Source: Octopus sinensis (Eukaryota). Taken from it: DNA of 37,587 bases. Under the pieces are notes generated by a model. The model was not told where the DNA came from, ran no database searches, and worked only from the letters and a program-made list of their open reading frames with translations. This document shows, one piece after another, positions 20,950 through 30,345 of the stretch. A program made the position numbers and the translations under genes. The first letter of the stretch is position 1; each line of letters begins with the position of its first letter. Location of the stretch: assembly GCF_006345805.1 (NCBI RefSeq), contig NW_021835886.1, forward strand, positions 1 to 37,587. Direction: 5' to 3'.

Positions 20950-21220
20950 ATAAATAGTGAATATACCAGCATAGTTTTATATAAGCCGAGTATGAAATTT
21001 ATAGAGATATAAATCTTAGAGTTATTTTGTAAATAAATAAATAAGAGCTAGTTTTAAAATAAAATAAAATAGATAATCATAGTTAGAACAATATAGAAAA
21101 GAGGTAAAAGGGTTAATATATTAACCACTTTATTTATTTACTAAATTATTCTAAGTCTTATATCTCTATAAATTTCACACTCAGCTTATATGAAACTATG
21201 CTGATATATTCACTGTTTAT
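20950..21220. mobile_element. Foldback/MITE-like element with ~92-bp inverted arms
   Basis: 20950-21041 is the reverse complement of 21129-21220 with scattered mismatches. Confidence 0.8.
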
Positions 21221-21302
21221 AATATAAGAAATATGCTCAGACTAAAATTGGTAATATTTAATATATAATTTTAACGTATTCTTTTACCTAAATTTTCCTT
21301 TA

Positions 21303-21556
21303 TTAGGGTGAGGGTTAGGGTTTGGGTTTGGGTTTGGGTTTGGGTTAGGGGTTTGGGTTTGGGTTTGGGTTAGGGTTAGGGTTAGGGGTTAGGGGTTAGG
21401 GTTAGGGGTTAGGAGTTAGGGGTTAGGGTTAGGGTTAGGAGTTAGGGCTAGGTTTAGGTTTTGGGTTAGGGTTAGGGGTTAGGATTAGGGTTAGGGTTAG
21501 GGGTTAGGGGTTAGGGTTAGGGTTAGGGTTAGGGGTTAGGGGTTAGGGTTAGGGTT
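21303..21556 (+). repeat. Interstitial telomere-like tract (TTAGGG with TTTGGG, TTAGGGG and TTAGGAG variants)
   Basis: ~250 bp of directly visible repeats with non-telomeric DNA on both sides. Confidence 0.95.
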
Positions 21557-21603
21557 ATATATATTAATAATAGCATTGTTTTATAGTAGGTAAATGTACT
21601 ACT

Positions 21604-21834
21604 TATTTCTTTACTAGCCACAAGGGGATAAACACAGAGAGGACAAACAAGGACAGACAAAGGGATTAAGTCGATTACATCGACCCCAGTGTGTAACTGG
21701 TACTTAATTTATCGACCCCGAAAGGATGAAAGGCAAAGTCGACCTCGGCGAAATTTGAACTCAGAACGTAACGGTAGACGAAATACAGCTAAGCATTTCG
21801 CCCGGTGTGCTAACGCTTCTGCCAGCTCGCCGCC
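21604..21834 (-). mobile_element. Full-length SINE family C with 10-bp TSD
   Basis: ATGTACTACT at 21594-21603 and 21836-21845. Confidence 0.9.
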
Positions 21835-22240
21835 TATGTACTACTACTATACGATAAGACTTCTCCTGCTCCATTAGCATTGTCTATCTCCTTATCCTCT
21901 TGGAGGTTTTGGATAAAATTATACTAATTAATCCTTCGAATTTAATTAAGTTCTATATTTTTGTGCAGCTGAAGATTGCTCTACATTTTAAATTGATGTA
22001 ATGTTTGCATTGTTCAATTAAATGGAGTCGCATGAAACGATTGTACTGCATTACCTCTGGATATCCTTGTTGCTTATTTTGATTATATATATATATATAT
22101 ATATAATAATATATATATATGTGGTGTGTGTGTTGTGTGTGTGTGTGTTGTTTATATGTGTGTTTTATATGTATGTATGTGTATGTATGTATATGATGTA
22201 TATATATATGTATGTAATATATATATATATATGTTATATA

Positions 22241-22281
<41 letters not shown>

Positions 22282-22649
22282 ATAGATATATATACTATAC
22301 ATATACATACACATACATACATATAAACACACACATACACGCACACACACACACATACATATGCGTCTGTGTGTGAGCTCGGCTGTAGCTTAGTAAAGAC
22401 ATGACTACAAACGGCGTATTATATAGTTTAATGGCGATAATACTTACAAATAACGGCCGCTCGTCCGAGGTTCGTGTGAAGATAATGGCATACACTCTAT
22501 CACACGAGCATGTTATGGATCTAAATTGATCACTGCCCCAATAACAAAGCGAAATAAATCCATAAGGTGTAGCACATCACCTGTACAGGAAACTGGACCA
22601 GTGTTTGTTAGTATATATATATATTATTATATATATATATATATATATA

Positions 22650-22700
<51 letters not shown>

Positions 22701-22733
22701 ATATATATATATATATATTATATATATATATAT

Positions 22734-23234
22734 TGGTTGGTTGGCATCCTTTCTTGTCTCGGGAGACAATGGAGTTGCGCATAAAGTAGTCTAGTCCGGC
22801 TTTTATATTTCATGTCCTGATACATTTCCTGCTGTGGCTGTGTAGTCCTATCCTGGACAAACACTCCCTCTGGCAGGTACCGCAAATGTAGCGAAGACTG
22901 TTCCTGGCTGGTTGTAATGCCATAGTCTCTTGTTGACGTCTCTTCTTTCTTTCCATTTCTCCTCTCTCTCTCTGTCACTCCTTTGTACTCCCTCTTTTAC
23001 GGTACGTCGCCAGTCTCCACGGTTACCGGTAACTGCCTCCCAACCGCTAATATTGATGTTGCAGGCCTTCATGTCCCTTTTGCAAACATCCTTGTAACGT
23101 AAGATCGGTTTACTCACAGACCTAGTACCCCTAGCAAGCTCTCCGTAGAGTATGTCCTTTGGGATTCTGCCATCTTTCATACGGCTAACATGCCCAAGCC
23201 ATCTCATACGTCTTTGTGTGAGGAGTGCAAACAA
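22734..23234 (-). mobile_element. RTE-clade LINE, 3' segment
   Basis: LFALLTQRRMRWLGHVSRMKDGRIPKDILYGEL...RYKDVCKRDMK; 3' end CCATTGTCTCCCGAGACAAGAAAGGATGCC(AACC)n; lies in (TA)n. Confidence 0.9.
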
Positions 23235-23699
23235 AGGAGATGTTATTTGCTGATGATGCCGCTCTGGTAACACACACAGAAGAAGCCCTCCAAAGGCTCA
23301 TTAACTGTTTTGAGCAAGCATGTAACGACTTTGGCTTAGCTATCAGCCTTAAGAAGACCAACATCATGGGCCAGGCTACATCGGACATCCCAAACATACA
23401 TATTGGAGACCACAGATTTCAAGAGGTGGAGAAGTTTACCTATCTGGGCTCTACCGTCACCTACAATCTATCCCTTGACGCTGAGCTCAATATACGCATC
23501 GGCAAGGCAGCTGCTGCGATGGCCCAACTCTCCAAACGGGCTTGGGACAACAATAAGCTGACCAAGACCACGAAAATGAAGATCTACCACGCATGTGTAC
23601 TCAGCACTCTACTGTATGGAAGTGAAACCTGGACGCTATACACACGCCAAGAGCGTCGCCTAAACATCTTTCACCTGCGCTGCCTCCGAAAAATCCTAT
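23235..23699 (+). mobile_element. RTE-clade LINE RT segment, inverted relative to its 3' segment
   Basis: KEMLFADDAALV...EKFTYLGS...LLYGSETWT...HLRCLRKIL. Confidence 0.9.
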
Positions 23700-24045
23700 A
23701 TAAGTACAGGCGTGGTTGTTTTGATAGAAGTGGCACCTTGGGCAAGTGTCTTCCACTATAGCCTTGGGCCGACCAAAGCCTTGTGAGTGGATTTGGTAGA
23801 CGAAAATTGAAAGAAGCCCGTTATATATATCTACAAATATCTATGTGAGTTTTTCTGTTTGTTCCCCTCCACCGCTTGACAGCCGGTGTTGGTTTATTTT
23901 CTTCCCCGTAACTTAGTGGTTCGGGGAAAGGTACGATAAAATAAGTATCAGGCTTAAAAACAGTTCTGGGGTCGATTTGTTCGACTACAGTCTCAAGGCG
24001 GTGCTCCAGTATGGCCGCAGTCTAATGACTGGAGGAAGTAAAAGA
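23700..24045 (+). mobile_element. Diverged SINE family B copy
   Basis: GGCACCTTGGGCAAGTGTCTTCCACTATAGCC...GCGGTGCTCCAGTATGGCCGCAGTC. Confidence 0.8.
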
Positions 24046-24185
24046 TATATGTATACTTACAGTATCTACACACACCACACACACACACCACACACACACA
24101 CATATATATATACACACACATACATATATACACACACATACATATACATACACGCATACACTCCCCCCACACACACATTCAAAAT

Positions 24186-24338
24186 GTAACCACATGTGAA
24201 TCGTTGGCGATTTTGCCCCCGTCTTACTTTTCTATTGGACTTCCCTCTGTCTCTGAAGAAGAGCTTTGCTCGAAACGTTAAACCACCTTTCATCCCTTAC
24301 CTGAGCGTCTGCTAATACTTTACATGTACCACGTATAT
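24186..24338 (+). mobile_element. Penelope-like terminal fragment (subfamily 2, second copy)
   Basis: Contains CTGAAGAAGAGCTTTGCTCGAAACGTTAAAC; homologous to 20572-20773. Confidence 0.6.
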
Positions 24339-24344
24339 TTATAC

Positions 24345-24394
<50 letters not shown>

Positions 24395-24524
24395 ATGTGT
24401 ACACAATATATATACATAGATATATATACATACATATTATATATACACACATACACACACATATATATATATATATATATACATACCACACACACACCAT
24501 ATATATATATATACATATATATAA

Positions 24525-24562
<38 letters not shown>

Positions 24563-24565
24563 CAC

Positions 24566-24613
<48 letters not shown>

Positions 24614-24673
24614 CATATATATATATACAATATATATAATATATATATATATTACAATTATATATATATTATA

Positions 24674-24707
<34 letters not shown>

Positions 24708-24992
24708 CACCCCCATATATAATATATATATATATCGACGTGCCTCAACAGGTGCACAGTGTGCCACGCGTCAGATGTCAAAGTGGTCTCAGAACAACGT
24801 GAGATGAAATATTTTACTTAAGAACTGAACGCACCACCCGGTCTAGGAATTGAAACCATGATCTAGCGATCGTGAGTGAAACTCCGTAACCACTAAGTGA
24901 TGCGCCCTTTATGTTGATTTACTAAAAATGGTAGCTGATCGAACCAACAGGACATCGATGAGATTGGATGGTAGTCTTTCAGCTTATACTCT

Positions 24993-25225
24993 CTTACTCT
25001 TTTAATTGTTTCAGTCATTTGACTGTGGCCATGCTGGAGCACCGTCTTTAGTCGAGCAAATCGACTCCAGGACTTATTCTTTGTAAGCCTAGTACTTATT
25101 CTATCAGTCTATTTTCTTGAACTGCTAAGTTACGGGGTCGTAAACACACCAGCATCGGTTGTCAAGCGATGTTGGGGGACAAACACAGACACACAAACAC
25201 ATACACACATACATACATACATACA

Positions 25226-25259
<34 letters not shown>

Positions 25260-25440
25260 CATACATACATATACACACAATGGGCTTCTTTCAGTTTCAT
25301 CTACCAAATCCACTCACAAGGCTTTGGTCGGCCGGAGGCTATAGTAGAAGACACTTGCCCAAGGTGCCACACTGTGGGACTGAACCCGGAACCATGTGGT
25401 TTGTAAGCAAGCTACTTACCACACAGCCACTCTTACGCCT
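24993..25440 (-). mobile_element. Full-length SINE family B
   Basis: Reverse complement of the family B consensus with an internal (ATAC)n. Confidence 0.9.
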
Positions 25441-26312
25441 ATTATGTTCATTTTAAATATAAAGTTTCTATATTGGTTAAAGAAGATGAACAACAACCAC
25501 GGTAGCTAATGTTCTAAATCAGTTCGAAGGACTTGTTTACCATATCTGATTTATTTTCTACGACCGAAAAGTTCAGGATACGAAAATAATTCGTAATTTA
25601 TTGATCTTTAGTTCATGGAACTTGTGCAGCAGATAATCTATAACTCAATTAATTCTTCATCTACAGGTATTCGGTTGTTTTTGGAAATTAGTTATGATAC
25701 GGTGAAGCCTTAATGACGAGATCATAGATTTTCAAAACACACACAAACGCACACAAACGCACTCACACACAAATACACACACACACACACGCTCACAAAC
25801 ACATGTACGCAAAGACAAACCACAGAGAAACACACAGACAAAAGACACACATAAACTCGCGTACACTGACAAACACACACAGAGACAAATACACACACAA
25901 ATACACACCCCACATACAAATATACATACATACACACAAACACACACATATACACAGACACACAGACACATGCTCATACACACACACACACACACACGCA
26001 ACTTTATTACACAACAATCTTTCTAGAGTATGCTCCAACGGTTTGTACAAACGGCTCTGGTTTGTACTTCAGGGCCTTCCACGATCATTGGTGACCACGC
26101 TTCCGCACATGCGTATACAGGCCTGAACACATTTGTTTTTCTGAAAGATTAGCCGCTGACGATAGTCTCTTCTCTCTCTCTATGCTAACGATGATTCTTC
26201 AAGAGAAAAGACACTCACTTGCGTGCGAGATATATGTCGGCACCAGTTTCACCACAGGCGGTTTTTCTCAGAAGGCGAAAAACTGGAATAAATACTGCAA
26301 GGAATCTCCCAC

Positions 26313-27340
26313 GACGTCAAGGAAGGGTGAATGGCACCGCGAGTATCGCGTTGCTCTCAAGCAAGTATACCGTCCCAGGCCGACCTTGAGCGACTTCAAC
26401 ACAACTAAAGCGTTCTATAGGGGATTAGTGGAGGGGAGGTACGACGACGAGCTCGGGGCGAACCTGGGCGTCGACGAGGAATACCTGACCCGCCTGTTCA
26501 AGACGACTTTCGGGCCGGGACCTATGGACAACCTCCAGTGCTCCCTGGCCTGGAAGTGCTATCGAGAAATGCTACCCGTTCGGGATATGCTCTACAGGCA
26601 TGACTCGAGAAATACGGGGCCGACCTCTCCGAGATGCGGCCAGAGCGACGAAACCGTTCTGCACGCACTCGTACAGCATCCAACCATTTCCGACCTGTGG
26701 GCCTATGTAGAACGACTGCTATCGCTTGTGGGACGAGTCAGTTTATCAACCGAGTCTATCGTGAATATTGTTGCGCCTCCTTACTTGAAACGGGAAGGAA
26801 GAGGCATTTCCATCGTACTTGTGGCTATGGCGAAAGAATGTGCATGGTGGACACGTCTGAAAAGTCTAGAGACAAACACTTACCTCTCTGGTGAATCTCT
26901 CATCAACTTCTTCAAGTATCACTTGAAGAGGAGGGTGAGAGTAGAGGGAAGTTTTGCTTAGTGAATGTTTAAAAAAAAAAAGATGGGTGAATGTAGCAAG
27001 GGTGGTACGTGTGATTGATGCATAATCCTATGAACCCCCCAAAAAGAAAGGAAAAAATAGAGTCGCTCTAATGCGTTTTCTTGCATGACATTATTGCCCG
27101 AGGTTACCGTGGTCTTTTCTGTAGGCTTTTCTTTCGACGGATAAACCTAATCTGTTCCCCCTTTTTACACTATGACATTTCTGTCATACACGATCCCTAA
27201 TGATCGGCCTTTTTTTAACGATCCCTTTTCGAATTTCTACCCTCCTTTCCTTTTTCTTTTCCTTCTCTTCCCAAAAAGAAAAGCTCTACTTGGTATTTTG
27301 TCCCCTCTTTGTTCAACCCTGTGTGGCCAATAAAGAAACG
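26313..27340 (+). mobile_element. 5'-truncated Tx1/L1-clade LINE (copy 2)
   Basis: RKGEWHREYRVALKQ...ETVLHALVQ..., closely similar to 32215-33330; AATAAAGAAAC then (ATCT)n to ~27486. Confidence 0.9.
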
Positions 27341-27346
27341 TCTATC

Positions 27347-27474
<128 letters not shown>

Positions 27475-28028
27475 ATCTCTCTATCTAAGCAATACATGGA
27501 AGAAAGCCTTGAAGCTCGGAGAAAATGTATCGTAGGCTTCGCTGCACACACTTACGTCAGCTTCACGTTACCGAAGTCGCAGCAGTGTATCGGATGCCGA
27601 GCAGATCGACTAAACATAATTGAGCGCAGTGCTCCAGCATGGCCCATAAACGCAATGACTGAAACCAGTGGAAGAATGAAAGACTGTATAAAATGTAAGA
27701 AAATCAATATTACAGAAGTTAATCAAAGTACAATATGGTTTGCTAATGGCAACCTGCTCATATCTGATGAGAAATACTTAACAATGGCGGCGAAAAAATC
27801 TTGTATGAACTTGTCTCGATATGCGTCCGGCAAAAAAAAAAAAAAAGATTTAATCTGAACAGTCGATGGCGTGGCTTCCCTTGAACTGGAATCTATGAAC
27901 TACAAACATTTCTCTTTGTTAACTGATCCTGCGTTGTCGATAACCTGTAACTGACATTCAGCTTTTCAATCAATGAGCTCGCTCATGGGCTGCTATTATT
28001 TAATTAATACTATTATTATTATTATTGT

Positions 28029-28143
28029 GGAGGCGCGTGGCTTAGTGGTTAGGGTGTTGAACTCATGATCGTATGGTTGTGGTTTCGATTCCTGCCTGGA
28101 CTGGGCGATGCGTTGTGTTCTTGAGCAAAACACTTAATTTCAC
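28029..28143 (+). mobile_element. SINE family A-type head fragment
   Basis: GGAGGCGCGTGGCTTAGTGGTTAGGG...GGTTTCGATTCC...TTGAGCAAAACACT. Confidence 0.75.
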
Positions 28144-28165
28144 CCGACAGAATTGTTAGCACGCT

Positions 28166-28398
28166 GGACGGCGAGCTGGCAGAATCGTTAGCACGCCGGG
28201 CGAAATGCGTAGCCGTATTTCGTCTGTCGTTACGTTCTGAGTTCAAATTCCGCCGAGCTCGACTTTGCCTTTCATCCTTTCGAGGTCGATAAATTAAGTA
28301 CCAGTTACGCACTGGGGTCAATATAATCGACTTAATCCGTGTGTCTGTCCTTGTTTGTCCCTTCTGTGTTTAGCCCCTTGTGGGTTGTAAAGAAATAG
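28166..28398 (+). mobile_element. Full-length SINE family C
   Basis: GGACGGCGAGCTGGCAGAATCG...AGCCCCTTGTGGGTTGTAAAGAAATAG. Confidence 0.9.
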
Positions 28399-28552
28399 GT
28401 ATTGCGCTCGTCGCTACGTTCTGAATAGATAAGTTGTGCTTATACTTTTAAATAGAGTAGAATAAGAATAAGAATGAGAGCAAAGACAAGAATACAAATG
28501 AAATACAGCAGAGTACAATAATGTGGGCATGCCAAGGGGAAATAAAGGTACA

Positions 28553-28759
28553 GCCGGCGAGCTGGCAGAAACGTTTGCACGCCGGGAAAAATGCTTATCG
28601 ATATTCCGTCTAACGCTACGTTCTGAGTTCAAATTCCGCCGAAGTCGACTTTGCCTTTCATCCTTTCGGGGTCGATAAATTAAGTACCAGTTACGCACTG
28701 GGGTAGATGTAATCGATTATACCCACTTCCAAATTTCAGGTCTTTGTGCCTATAGTAGA

Positions 28760-28817
<58 letters not shown>

Positions 28818-29107
28818 TCAGGCAGCGAGCTGGCAGAATCATTAGCATGCCGGCATTTCGTCCATCTTTAAGCTTTCATTTCAAATTTCGCCGAGGTCGA
28901 CTTTGCCCTTAATCCTTTTGCGGTCGATAAATTAAGTACCAGTGAAACACTGGAGTCGATGTAATCGACTAGTCCTCTCCCGCTTTGATTGGACGAGAGC
29001 GGTGGTTTAGCAGAATCGTTTGAGCGCCGAACGAAAGTCTTTGCGGCATTTCTTCCTACGGTTCTTTATGATCTGAGTTCATTTCCTGTCGAGATTAACT
29101 TCGCCTT

Positions 29108-29110
<3 letters not shown>
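28553..29110 (+). mobile_element. Cluster of three further diverged SINE family C copies or fragments
   Basis: Heads at ~28553, ~28820 and ~28990, the first two with the GTCGACTTTGCC core; separated by (TTA)n. Confidence 0.7.
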
Positions 29111-29144
<34 letters not shown>

Positions 29145-29145
29145 C

Positions 29146-29176
<31 letters not shown>

Positions 29177-29442
29177 CAAATTGAGATAGGGGTTGTAAAT
29201 GCAACCATCCATGGGATAACATATATCCAATTACTGCTAGTGAAGTACCCAACAAGTTAATACATAAATGTTAAGATTGCGATGCAATTAATTCATTTAC
29301 TGTATTATATGGGCAAAGGTAAAATGTTTTACCACAAATTCATAATACAAAATAAGAAAATGGAGAAATACATCCAAATCAAATGGGTATTATCTGGTAG
29401 TTGATATTTGATTTGGATGTATTTCTCCATCTGATTTGTGTG

Positions 29443-29488
<46 letters not shown>

Positions 29489-29624
29489 ATATAATATATA
29501 TGTTAATTATTTGTTTTTTGTTCAGTCATTAAAAAAATTTCATTAATTTGGTGAGTTGTTCGATACTTTTGTACAGTGTGGGAGAGGTGGTGGTGTTGTT
29601 GTTGTTGTTGTGTGATGATGATGA

Positions 29625-29677
<53 letters not shown>

Positions 29678-30300
29678 AATCGCGATAGTGGTGTTAACGA
29701 CCACGATGGCAATGATGATGATGATGATGATAATATACAAGTGGAGTTGCAGAGTCAGAATCTCTGCAACTCCCGATGTGCCTATCATTTTGTAGCAATG
29801 GTGCTTCACCGAAAACCATGTCTTCGAATACACTGATGGGTAGAGAGGAAACAATCAAAACTTTCTTGTTATTTGAATATAAAGAAATAATTGAAAACCA
29901 AGCAATGGAGACCAACTCAACAACGACTAATGACTCATTACCAAATCACGTTTGTATGTGTAGTTAAATAACTTGAACCAATACTCGTGTCTGAAATAAA
30001 ATTAGAACTTTCCAAACTAATCTTAATCACTTGATTAGTTTCGTAATCAATCTAATTTAATTTTGATTAATCAAATATCAATTAATGTTAAACCAAAGAT
30101 TAGAAACGGTTGGAGAAATCATCTTTTGCAATTAAGTTTTAAATAAGCCACATAGATTTTAGCAATTAATCAATACGAAAATAGGATCTAGCAAACGTTA
30201 TCTGTTCTAACATAGAAGTTCAGGTATTGTTCAAATAAATTCGTTTTATGTAATCGACTTTGAACACACATAATTCACATCACGTTAAATAATCACCTGA

Positions 30301-30339
<39 letters not shown>

Positions 30340-30345
30340 CTATCT

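Noticed and set aside
21303-21556. True chromosome end
   Set aside because: About 16 kb of ordinary sequence follows and the tract is short and degenerate.
26182-26961. 259-aa ORF as a novel gene
   Set aside because: It is a chance in-frame fusion of flanking DNA with the 5'-truncated Tx1 copy starting at ~26313.
27496-27858. 120-aa ORF
   Set aside because: It runs through a family B SINE tail fragment; no coherent protein features.
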